NCBI RefSeq assembly: GCF_006345805.1
Contig: NW_021828833.1
Span: forward strand, 1-7,552
DNA: 7,552 nucleotides
Direction: 5' to 3'
Source: Octopus sinensis
Taxonomy: Eukaryota
Below are positions 1 through 7,552 of this stretch, piece after piece. A program made the position numbers and the translations under genes. A model generated the notes under the pieces. That model worked only from the letters and a program-made list of their open reading frames with translations. It ran no database searches and was not told the origin of the DNA. Positions within the stretch are counted from its first letter, which is position 1; the number at the start of each line of letters is the position of its first letter.

Positions 1-4
1 AGCC

Positions 5-40
5 ATTATTATTATTATTATTATTATTGTCATCATCATC
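5..40. repeat. (TTA)n/(CAT)n microsatellite
   Basis: Direct: attattatt... grading into catcatcatc. Confidence 0.95.
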
Positions 41-45
41 GATCT

Positions 46-167
46 ATTCCACCGAGGTCGGCTTTGCCTTTCATCTTTTCGGGTTCGATAAATTAAGTAC
101 CAGTTACGCACTGGGGTCGATGTAAGCGACTGGCCCCCACCTCGCCTTGTGCTTATAGCAGAAAGGA
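46..167 (+). mobile_element. 5'-truncated tRNA-derived SINE (core plus tail type 1)
   Basis: attccaccgaggtcggctttgcctttcatcttttcgggttcgataaattaagtaccagttacgcactggggtcgatg matches the core of the full copies at 5072-5303 (-) and 6893-7087 (+). It ends ccttgtgcttatagcagaaagga then (TTA)n. Confidence 0.88.
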
Positions 168-202
168 TTATTATTATTATTATTATCATTATTATTATTA
201 TT
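167..202. repeat. (TTA)n microsatellite shared by the SINE and element X1
   Basis: Direct. Confidence 0.95.
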
Positions 203-1132
203 GAGAGAGAGAGCAGTGCATGCCATCAAAGTGATACTGAAGTAAAATATATGAAGCCCAAATACCCATCATGACTACCCGTCTGATAAGGGTACACTAA
301 GCACATGCATCACAACCATATGTGCGCGACATAGCGATCTCATATCAAGATAAACAAGTCGAGTAGCCCATCCCGCTCAAAAGGTCTCTGAATAAGGTTT
401 GTTTAAGGATGTTGAACAGGCCACCCATGTTTCCAAATGTGAATTGTCCAAACCTCCAAGAATTCCTTTCAACACACGACTATGATGCTCCCCCACTACT
501 TCTGCTCGTGATCAAATATGCACATATCGTCAGCCACTAAGGGACATGCTCAACTGGTTAAGGTCAAACAACTGACAAGCAATCTGTGGTAATTGGCAGA
601 ATATTTGCTGTAGCCCATCTTTTTATACCCGACAAAACAATGTACATGATAACACTTCCAGTCAGTTAAGATCAGAAGCCATGAGAGCCACTGCCTGGTA
701 CTGCATCAGGGTATTATCAAATCTGTGGTATTGAGCAGAATATTTGCTGTAGCCCATCTTTTATACCAAGACAAACAAACATGTACATGATAACACTTCC
801 AGTCAGTTAAGATCAGAAGCCATGATAGCCACTGCCTGTACTCGTGCATCAGGGTATTATCAAATCTGTGGTATGAGGCAGAATATTTGCTGTAGCCCAT
901 CTTTTATACCAAGACAAAACAATGTACATGATAACACTTCCAATCATTTAAGATCAGGAGCCATGAGAGCCACTGTCTGGTACTGCATCAGGGCATTAGC
1001 AAATCTGTGGTACTGAGCAGAATATTTTCTGTAGCCCATCTTTTATACCAAGACAAAACAATGTACATGATAACACTTCTAATCAGTTAAGATCAGAAGC
1101 CATGAGGGCCAGTGCCTGGTACTGCATCAGGG

Positions 1133-1134
<2 letters not shown>
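203..1134 (-). mobile_element. Element X copy 1: unclassified non-coding interspersed repeat with four 139-bp terminal units (strand assignment provisional)
   Basis: Reverse complement aligns end to end with 5529-6080 and 6131-7170. It has a ~50-bp internal deletion near 356 relative to those copies and (TTA)n on both sides. Confidence 0.85.

Positions 1135-1135
<1 letters not shown>
578..1135 (-). repeat. Tandem array of four ~139-bp units
   Basis: Marker catcaggg recurs at 704, 847, 986 and 1125 (spacing 143, 139, 139). Confidence 0.95.

Positions 1136-1185
<50 letters not shown>
1135..1185. repeat. (TTA)n microsatellite
   Basis: Direct. Confidence 0.95.
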
Positions 1186-1231
1186 GATAACATCGACGAT
1201 AATGTTTACGTCTAAAACCAATCACATACCA

Positions 1232-1232
<1 letters not shown>

Positions 1233-1270
<38 letters not shown>

Positions 1271-1289
1271 ACACACACACACACACACA
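1233..1289. repeat. (CA)n microsatellite
   Basis: Direct. Confidence 0.95.
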
Positions 1290-1415
1290 ACTTCATATAC
1301 GGGTGGACACACAGACATAATGGACAGGGAAACGTTGTGTATAACTTCCCTTCTACATTATATACACCCTGAACGGTACCCGGTATTGTCTCACACGTTA
1401 ATCCACACAAACAAA

Positions 1416-1418
1416 CAC

Positions 1419-1449
<31 letters not shown>

Positions 1450-1458
1450 TACACACAC
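1416..1458. repeat. (CA)n microsatellite
   Basis: Direct. Confidence 0.9.
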
Positions 1459-1483
1459 GCGTTTTTTAAATAGTCTTTAATAG

Positions 1484-1598
1484 TTTGGCTTGCTTCCGTT
1501 ATTGGACTGTGGCCATGCTGGGGCACCACCTTGAAGGTTTTTAGTTGAACAAATCAAACCCAATATATCTTTTTATCTTTTACTTGCTTCAGTCATTG
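1484..1598 (-). mobile_element. Degraded SINE 3' fragments (tail type 4, partly duplicated)
   Basis: Minus strand gggtttgatttgttcaact resembles the SINE core end ggggtcgatgtaatcgact with CpG decay. It is followed by ccttcaaggtggtgccccagcatggccacag, and a second piece ends tgactgaagcaagtaaaagataaaaagata. Direct repeat cttgcttc(c/a)gt(t/c)attg at 1489 and 1583. I recall this tail from octopus SINEs but cannot verify it. Confidence 0.6.
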
Positions 1599-1609
1599 AA
1601 GGGGAATGG

Positions 1610-1789
<180 letters not shown>

Positions 1790-2157
1790 TATGTTTTCTT
1801 TATTAGCTACACAGGGCTGCACACAAACAGGACAAATTACAAGGTAGAGCTTTTCTTTTTGGGGTAAAAAAAGGGGTTTGGTTTTTCGATCAAAAGGGAT
1901 CGTAAAAGGAAAGAAGAGGACAAAAAATGGGGGGGGGATAGAAAATAAAAGGAAAAGGAAAAATCGATCAATAGGGATCGTTTATCACAGAAATGTCAAT
2001 ATAAAGTGTAAAGGGGAGGACAGGTGAGGTTTACCTGTGGAAAGAAAAGCCTACGGAAAAGACCACGGTAACCTCGGTCAAGGAAGTCACATGTTATATT
2101 TTTTTTACAAATAAGCAACTCTCTGTATTAATTTTTACGGTTCATAGGATCATAGTC

Positions 2158-2159
<2 letters not shown>
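1790..2159 (-). mobile_element. Tx1/L1-clade LINE copy B: last ORF2 codons plus 3' UTR, severely 5'-truncated
   Basis: Minus strand starts ttg act atg atc cta tga (LTMIL*; stop 2142-2144), matching LSMIL of copy A. It shares ttacc(t/c)gtggaaagaaaa(g/a)cctacg...accacggtaacc and tttctttattag with copy A. AATAAA at 1799-1804 precedes the (CTAT)n tail. Confidence 0.8.
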
Positions 2160-2218
<59 letters not shown>

Positions 2219-2246
2219 TAGTAGATAGATAGATAGATAGATAGAT
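2159..2246. repeat. (GATA)n microsatellite between the two Tx1 copies
   Basis: Direct. Confidence 0.95.
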
Positions 2247-3560
2247 TTCTTTATTAGGCCACGCAGGGTCGAACACAGAGGGGACGATGCAATGTAGAAT
2301 TTTTCTTTACAAAACCAATCAATAGGAATCGAAAAGGTTTTGGAACGGGTACACAAAACGATAACAAGGTAACGTTTTAACAACAGAAATTCCCAAAAGG
2401 GGGAGAAAATATAACACTGACTAGGGTTACCCGTGGAAAGAAAAACCTACGAAAAAACACCACGGTAACCACGGGGAAAATAAACATAAGAGCAAAACTT
2501 TCTTTCTCTTTTTTGTTATATAGGATCATGCTCAAAGTGGTTTCGTCATCCATGCGTGCCATCTTTGCTACATTCACCCACCTTTTATTAAAGCTTTTCA
2601 TTAGACAAAACTTCCATCTTACTCCTACTCTTACCTTCCTTTCCAAGTGATACTTGAAAAAGTTGATGAGAGGTTGGCCAGAGATTAAAGTATTTGTCTC
2701 TAAGCCTTTCAAACGAGTCCACCACACACACTCGTTCGCCAAAGCCACCAGTACGATGAAAACTGCCTTGCCTTCCCGGTTAAAGGAAGGTTGACAACCG
2801 GACTCGTCCCACAAGTGACGGCAGCCGTTCGACATAGGCCCACAGGTCTGAAATATTTGGACATTGCACGACGGTTTCGTAGTTCTGACCACATCTCGGG
2901 CAGGTCGGTTCGGTGTTTCTTGAACCGTGTCTCTAGACCTTATATCGAACGGGCAACGCTCCCCGATAGCACTTCCAGGCCAGGGATCTCTGGAAATTGT
3001 CCATAGGTTCTGACCCGAAAGTGGTCCTGAAGAGGCGAGTCAGGTATACCCTGTCGACGCCCAGAGTCTCCCCAAGAACGTCGTCGCACCTCCACTAATC
3101 CTCTATAGAACGCCTTGGTGGAATTGAAGTCGCGCAAGTTTGAAACCGGGTGGCAGAGCTGCTGGAGAGCATGGTGACACTTGCGGTGCCGTTTGCCCAA
3201 CCTCGGTCTCTGCTTTATCCATGATTGCAGTTTAGGCAATGAGATGAGCAATGAGGTGACCACACCTGTTAACCGTCGTCTGTGAAACGCTGGAGGTGTC
3301 GCAGTCTCAGCGCATGTCGGCACATCATCAACCAAGGCATACCCAGCCCTATATTTTGTAGATGTTGATAGCAAATGGATCGCCTAAACATCGGAACGCT
3401 CCCCCACTACAGAAAGCGGAAGAGTATGCGTTTCTGTTTCGAGGTGGTAGGGTCGGGACAAGGCACAACCGTCGGACGGTAGTAGATGACGGATGCAATG
3501 TAAGCATTCGCCACCTCAGCCCGACTGTTTAGAGACAGCTTCCTCTCCGCCCAAAGCTGA
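2247..3560 (-). mobile_element. Tx1/L1-clade non-LTR retrotransposon copy A, 5'-truncated and decayed
   Basis: Contains ORF2 C-terminal remnants (next feature) and a ~270-bp 3' UTR ending gtggcctAATAAAgaaat (AATAAA 2250-2255), followed by (CTAT)n. Confidence 0.88.
2518..3556 (-). pseudogene. Disrupted ORF2 C-terminal region (post-RT segment and zf-RVT-like Cys motif)
   Basis: Manual translation across frames: LWAERKLSLNSRAEVANAYIASVIYY...LFRFL*WGSVPMFRRSICYQHLQNIGLGMPWLMMCRHALRLRHL; DDVLGETLGVD...FGSEPMDNFQRSLAWKCYRGALPVRYKV*RHG...CPRCGQNYETVVQC; AVFIVLVALANECVWWTRLKGL...RW...LSMIL. The W..R.LS...R, F.W.G and GLG.P motifs are typical of L1/Tx1 ORF2. Stops at 3407-3409, 3269-3271 and 2933-2935 plus several frameshifts. 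The His of the Cys knuckle is missing, consistent with a ~12-nt deletion. Confidence 0.85.
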
Positions 3561-3570
3561 TAGAAAAAAA

Positions 3571-3681
3571 CAGACAGATAGACAGACAGACAGACAGACA
3601 GACAAATGGACACACAGACAGATAGATAGAGAGATAGATAGATAGATAGATGATAGATAGATAGATAGATAGATAGATAAC

Positions 3682-3731
<50 letters not shown>

Positions 3732-3764
3732 CAGATAGATAGATATATGAGAGAGAGATAGAGA

Positions 3765-3817
<53 letters not shown>

Positions 3818-3835
3818 CAGATAGATAGATAATAT

Positions 3836-3868
<33 letters not shown>

Positions 3869-3932
3869 GATATAGAGATAGAGAGATAGATAGAGATAGA
3901 TAGAGAGAGAGAATAGATTGAGATAGATAGAG

Positions 3933-4013
<81 letters not shown>

Positions 4014-4022
4014 ATAGATTGA

Positions 4023-4054
<32 letters not shown>

Positions 4055-4124
4055 AAGACAGATATATAGATAGGGAGAAAGAAAAGCAGACTGGCAGACA
4101 GACAGACAGACGGAGAGATAGACA
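3571..4124. repeat. Long compound (GATA)n/(GACA)n/(GA)n microsatellite
   Basis: Direct; source of the spurious SIYL/YLSI ORFs. Confidence 0.95.
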
Positions 4125-4185
4125 TGTATGTATAAATATGTCGCGATTGCTTGACTGTTTATCGTTTCCCGCGTAGGAGGAAAAG

Positions 4186-4186
<1 letters not shown>

Positions 4187-4220
<34 letters not shown>

Positions 4221-4221
4221 A
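4187..4221. repeat. (GAAA)n microsatellite
   Basis: Direct. Confidence 0.95.
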
Positions 4222-4529
4222 CAAGAGAAAGAAAACAAACAATGGCCCTCTCCCCCTCTAGAGCCAAATCAATTAAGAAAAATATCGAATCGCGTTTAAC
4301 AAGTCAGGCAAGATCATAAAAAAACAACAACAGAAGCAATATGGCCACCACCCATTAACGGAATATGTCAAGTCTGTAGCGTGAATTAAATTGGAATCAA
4401 AAGCTCGAGATATAATGATGTCTCAATTAAACCTTTTATTATATTTTATTGCAGCGATTTCACTTCCCAGGTTATAAAATTATTTATTAGCAATAAAACA
4501 GAAAGCTGGCGACCAATGAATGCCAATGT

Positions 4530-4537
4530 ATAATAAT

Positions 4538-4568
<31 letters not shown>
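4530..4568. repeat. (AAT)n microsatellite
   Basis: Direct. Confidence 0.95.
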
Positions 4569-4709
4569 GTTTCAAATTTTTACCACAAGGGAAGGATGAA
4601 AGACAAAGTTGACCTCGGCGGAATTTGAACTCAGAACTCAGTGAGAGCAAGACACCGCTAAGCATTTTCTCCAACGTGCTAACTAACGACTCTGCCAGTT
4701 CGCCGCCTT
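4569..4709 (-). mobile_element. Short internally deleted tRNA-SINE (tail type 3)
   Basis: Minus strand begins aaggcggcgaactggcagagtcgttag (A box) and contains gagttcaaattc (B box). The core is cut at catcctt and joined to cccttgtggtaaaaatttgaaact then (ATT)n. Confidence 0.88.
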
Positions 4710-4801
4710 AATCAATAATAATAATAATATAATAATAATAATAATAAAATAATAATAATATAATAATAATAAAATAATATAATAATATAAGATAATAATA
4801 T
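4710..4801. repeat. Degenerate (AAT)n microsatellite
   Basis: Direct. Confidence 0.9.
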
Positions 4802-5005
4802 TCAGACAAATCCATAACAAAAACACCAGGACTTACAACACATATAACATACAGAAAATTGCACTACTAGGCACTGCACACATCCTACGCAGAACACTTT
4901 CCATACAATAACCATCAGAGCATCACAACAAATCACAGCACATACCCAAGGCACACAGAGCTGCGCTCGGTAGTGAAGTGAAAGCACGCTATAAAAATAA
5001 AACTA

Positions 5006-5008
<3 letters not shown>
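4802..5008 (+). mobile_element. R4/Dong-clade (RLE-type) LINE 3' fragment
   Basis: 4837-4911 translates NTYNIQKIALLGTAHILRRTLSIQ*. The QK.ALLGTA.ILR..L motif is the characteristic C-terminus of R4/Dong ORFs. It is followed by a ~100-bp 3' UTR with AATAAA (4996-5001) and an (AAT)n tail; this ORF end is not in the ORF track. Confidence 0.82.

Positions 5009-5071
<63 letters not shown>
5009..5071. repeat. (AAT)n microsatellite (Dong tail meeting the SINE tail)
   Basis: Direct. Confidence 0.95.
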
Positions 5072-5303
5072 TTGTTTCTTTATTAGCCACAAGGGGATAA
5101 ACATAGGGGACAAAAAAGAACAGACAAACGGATTAAGTCGATTACATCGACCCCAGTGCGTAACTGGTACTTAATTTATCGACCCCGAAAGGATGAAAGA
5201 CAAAGTCGACCTCGGCGGAATTTGAACTCAGAACGTAACGACAGACGAAATACCCCTGAGCATTTCGCCCGGCGCGCTAACGTTTCTGCCAGCTCGCCGC
5301 CTT
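5072..5303 (-). mobile_element. Full-length tRNA-derived SINE (tail type 2, Tx1-like 3' end)
   Basis: Minus strand: aaggcggcgagctggcagaaacgttag (A box), gagttcaaattc (B box), core tttcatcctttcggggtcgataaattaagtaccag, tail gtcccctatgtttatccccttgtggctaataaagaaacaa. Confidence 0.9.
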
Positions 5304-5307
5304 ATAT

Positions 5308-5344
5308 GATAATAATAATAGTAATAATAATAATAATAATAATA
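5308..5344. repeat. (AAT)n microsatellite
   Basis: Direct. Confidence 0.95.
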
Positions 5345-5479
5345 GTTTCAAAATTTGCCACAAGGTAAGGAAGAAAGACAAGGTCGACCTCGGCGGAATT
5401 TGAACTCAGAACTCAGTGACGGGTGAAACATCGCTAGACATTTTGTCCAACGTGCTAACGACTCTGCCACTTCGCCGCC

Positions 5480-5481
<2 letters not shown>
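5345..5481 (-). mobile_element. Short internally deleted tRNA-SINE (tail type 3), second copy
   Basis: Same architecture and same deletion junction as 4569-4709. Confidence 0.88.
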
Positions 5482-5524
<43 letters not shown>

Positions 5525-5528
5525 TAAT
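5481..5528. repeat. (AAT)n microsatellite
   Basis: Direct. Confidence 0.95.
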
Positions 5529-6080
5529 GCCCTGATGCAGTACCAGGCAGTGGCTCTCATGGCTTCTGATCTTAACTGATTGGAAGTGTTATCATGTACA
5601 TTGTTTTGTCTTGGTATAAAAGATGGGCTACAGCAAATATTCTGCTCAATACCACATTTGCTTGTCAGTTGTTTGACCTTAACCAGTTGAGCATGTCCCT
5701 TAGTGGCTGACGATATGTGCATCTCTGATCACGAGCAGAAGTAGTGGGGGAGCATCATAGCCATGTGTTTAGAGGGATTCTTTGGGGTTTTGATAGTTCA
5801 CCTCTGAAACATGGGTGGTTCTTTCAACATCCTTAAACAACCTTATTCAGGGACCGTTTGAGCGGGATGGGCTACTCAACAGAAAGAAAAAATTCTAACT
5901 GGGCCCCACCTGCAAGGTCATGTGCTGTTTATCTTGATATGAGATCACCATGTCGCGCACATATGGTTGTGATGCATGTGCCTGGTGTACCTTTATCAGA
6001 CGGGTAGTCATGATGGGTATATTGGGTTTCGTATATTTTACCCCAGTGTCACTTTGATGGCATGAACTGCTCTCTCACTC
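5529..6080 (+). mobile_element. Element X copy 2 (single terminal unit, 552 bp)
   Basis: Runs from gccctgatgcagtacc to actgctctctcactc with (AAT)n on both sides; colinear with X1 and X3. Confidence 0.85.
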
Positions 6081-6113
<33 letters not shown>

Positions 6114-6129
6114 TAATAATAATAATAAT
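6081..6129. repeat. (AAT)n microsatellite separating X2 and X3
   Basis: Direct. Confidence 0.95.
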
Positions 6130-6544
6130 TGCCCCGATGCAGTACCAGGCAGTGGCTCTTGTGACTCCTGATCTTAACTGATTGGAAGTGTTATCATGTA
6201 CATTATTTTGTCTTGGTACAGAAGATGGGCTACAGCAAATATTCTGCTCAATACCACAGATTTGCTAATGCCCTGATGCAGTACCAGGCAGTGGCTCTCA
6301 TGGCTTCTGATCTTAACTGATTGGAGGTGTTATCATGTACATTGTTTTGTCTTGGTATAAAAGATGGGCTACAGCAAATATTCTGCTCAATACCACAGAT
6401 TTGCTAATGCCCTGATGCAGTACCAGGCAGTGGCTCTCATGGTTTCTGATCTTAACTGATTGGAGGTGTTATCATGTACATTGTTTTGTCTTGGTATAAA
6501 AGATGGGCTACAGCAAATATTCTGTTCAATACCACAGATTTGCT
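6128..6544 (+). repeat. Tandem array of three 139-bp units
   Basis: ccc(t/c)gatg marker at 6132, 6271 and 6410 (exact 139-bp period). Confidence 0.95.
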
Positions 6545-7170
6545 TGTCAGTTGTTTGACCTTAACCAGTTGAGCATGTCCCTTAGTGGCTGACGATATGT
6601 GCATCTCTGACCACGAGCAGAAGTAGTGGGGGAGCATCAAAGCCATGTGTTGAGAGGGATTCTTCGGGGTTTGGATAATTCGCCCTTGGAAACATGGGTG
6701 TTTCATTCAACATCCTTAAACAACCCTTATTCAGGGACCCTTTGAGCGGGATGGGCTACTTAACCTGAAGAAAAGTCTAACTGGGCCCCACCTGCAAGGT
6801 CATGCACTGTTTATCTTGATATGAGATCACCATGTCGCGCACATACGGTTGTGATGCATGTGCCTGGTGTACCCTTATCAGACGGGTAGTCAAGGCGGCG
6901 AGCTGGCAGAATCGTTAGCACGTTGGACAAAATGCTTAATGGTATTTTGCCCGTCATTGCGTGCTGAGTTCAAATTCCGCCGAGATCGACTTGCCTTCAA
7001 ACCTTTTAGGGTCGACAAATTAAGTACCAGTTGCCACTGGCCCTTTCCCTCAAAATTCCGGATCTTGTGCCTAGAGTAGAAAAGATTAGACGGATGGTCA
7101 TGATGAGTATATTGGGCTTCCTTTATTTTACCCCAGTGTTACTTTGATGGCATGCGCAGCTCTCTTACTC
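6131..7170 (+). mobile_element. Element X copy 3 (three terminal units, interrupted by a SINE)
   Basis: Starts gccccgatgcagtacc and ends gctctcttactc then aataatgatgatg. The X body resumes after the SINE insertion. Confidence 0.85.
6893..7087 (+). mobile_element. tRNA-derived SINE (tail type 1) nested in X3 with a 13-bp target-site duplication
   Basis: A box TGGCAGAATCG 6904-6914; B box GTTCAAATTC 6968-6977; TSD agacgggtagtca (6880-6892) / agacggatggtca (7088-7100). Confidence 0.9.
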
Positions 7171-7189
7171 AATAATGATGATGATGATG

Positions 7190-7240
7190 GTAATTTCTAA
7201 ACTGGGTACAAGGCCAGCAGTTTTCAAAGCGAGAGATTTT
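7190..7240 (-). mobile_element. Possible degraded SINE tail-type-3 fragment
   Basis: atttctaaactgggtacaagg resembles gtttcaaaatttgccacaagg (5345) and directly abuts the aat/gat tract. Confidence 0.35.
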
Positions 7241-7265
7241 AAAACTGAGTGTTTTATTTTACGTA

Positions 7266-7272
7266 ATATATA

Positions 7273-7313
<41 letters not shown>

Positions 7314-7329
7314 CTATATATATATATAT
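7266..7329. repeat. (TA)n microsatellite
   Basis: Direct. Confidence 0.95.
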
Positions 7330-7552
7330 CGGGAGATTCACAAAAAAACAAAAGACGACGACAAGTGGTCTAGACAAGAAACAAATGTATTAGTATAGCG
7401 CTCAGGAATAGAAAAAGTCTTTAACGTTTCGAGCCTACGCTCTTCCACAGAAAGGGACGCAGAAAGAAACAAGAAGAGAAACAGAGAATGCGTAGTGGCG
7501 AGCGATCAATCACGGCGAGAAAGATATGCCATAATATATATCTGGAAGATCC
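7330..7552 (-). mobile_element. Probable Penelope-like element terminal-repeat (pLTR) fragment, running off the window
   Basis: Assigned from the minimal hammerhead-like motif it carries; no RT or GIY-YIG ORF is visible in the window. Confidence 0.55.
7417..7458 (-). ncRNA. Minimal type I hammerhead ribozyme-like motif (variant core)
   Basis: Minus strand GUCCCUUU-CUGUGGAA-GAGC guag GCUC-GAAA-CG-UU-AAAGAC. Perfect 4-bp stem II, GAAA, two-base palindromic stem III, NUH triplet GUU, stem I CUUU/AAAG. The core is CUGUGGA instead of CUGANGA. Confidence 0.65.

Noticed and set aside
578-1135. 139-bp arrays as a CRISPR array
   Set aside because: Contiguous near-identical units with no unique spacers, in a eukaryotic repeat context.
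706-1446. Short ORFs 706-900, 822-1016, 1112-1372 and 1222-1446
   Set aside because: Chance frames in the 139-bp units and in (TTA)n/(CA)n. They are not kept open across homologous copies.
3407-4267. 286/240/198-aa ORFs (also 1593-1781 and 2156-2383) rich in SIYL/YLSI
   Set aside because: They are open only because (TATC)n lacks stops on that strand. Only the last ~50 aa of 3407-4267 are meaningful, as Tx1 ORF2 remnant.
4432-4480. Splice-acceptor-like ttttattgcag suggesting a host micro-exon in the unique 4225-4530 segment
   Set aside because: No convincing donor site or reading-frame evidence; such motifs are common in AT-rich DNA. RNA-seq would be needed.
5529-5552. U2 snRNA-derived head for element X (tgcagtacc)
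   Set aside because: Only about 9 nt match the U2 3' stem-loop as I recall it, which is compatible with chance.
5610-5665. HDV-like ribozyme in the 139-bp unit
   Set aside because: Pseudoknot-like pairing exists, but P1.1, P4 and a convincing J4/2 are absent; kept only as a low-interest structural note.
5706-5745. CTGACGA in element X as a hammerhead core
   Set aside because: No stem II followed by GAAA and no NUH/stem I partner nearby.
6893-6985. Functional tRNA gene at SINE heads
   Set aside because: A and B boxes are present, but there is no complete cloverleaf and the sequence continues into the SINE core and tail.
5156-7393. Short ORFs 5156-5368, 5480-5722, 6452-6706, 6858-7079 and 7175-7393
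   Set aside because: They lie within SINEs, element X or microsatellites and show no protein motifs.

Overview
Eukaryotic, repeat-saturated non-coding DNA with no intact protein-coding gene. The repeat families look like those of an octopod cephalopod (Octopus-like); this is recognition from memory, not a database result. Nearly all supplied ORFs are microsatellite or repeat artefacts. The window is a chain of retroelements, each embedded in a particular microsatellite: (1) two head-to-tail, 5'-truncated Tx1/L1-clade LINE copies (minus strand, 1790-2159 and 2247-3560) bounded by (GATA)n; (2) a 3' fragment of an R4/Dong-clade LINE (4802-5008) inside (AAT)n; (3) three copies of an unclassified ~550-bp non-coding element ('element X') with fixed ends in (AAT)n and 1, 3 or 4 tandem 139-bp units at one end; (4) at least five tRNA-derived SINE copies sharing head and core but carrying different 3' tails, one of which matches the Tx1 3' end; (5) a probable Penelope-like fragment beside (TA)n carrying a minimal hammerhead-ribozyme-like motif with a non-canonical core (7417-7458, minus).
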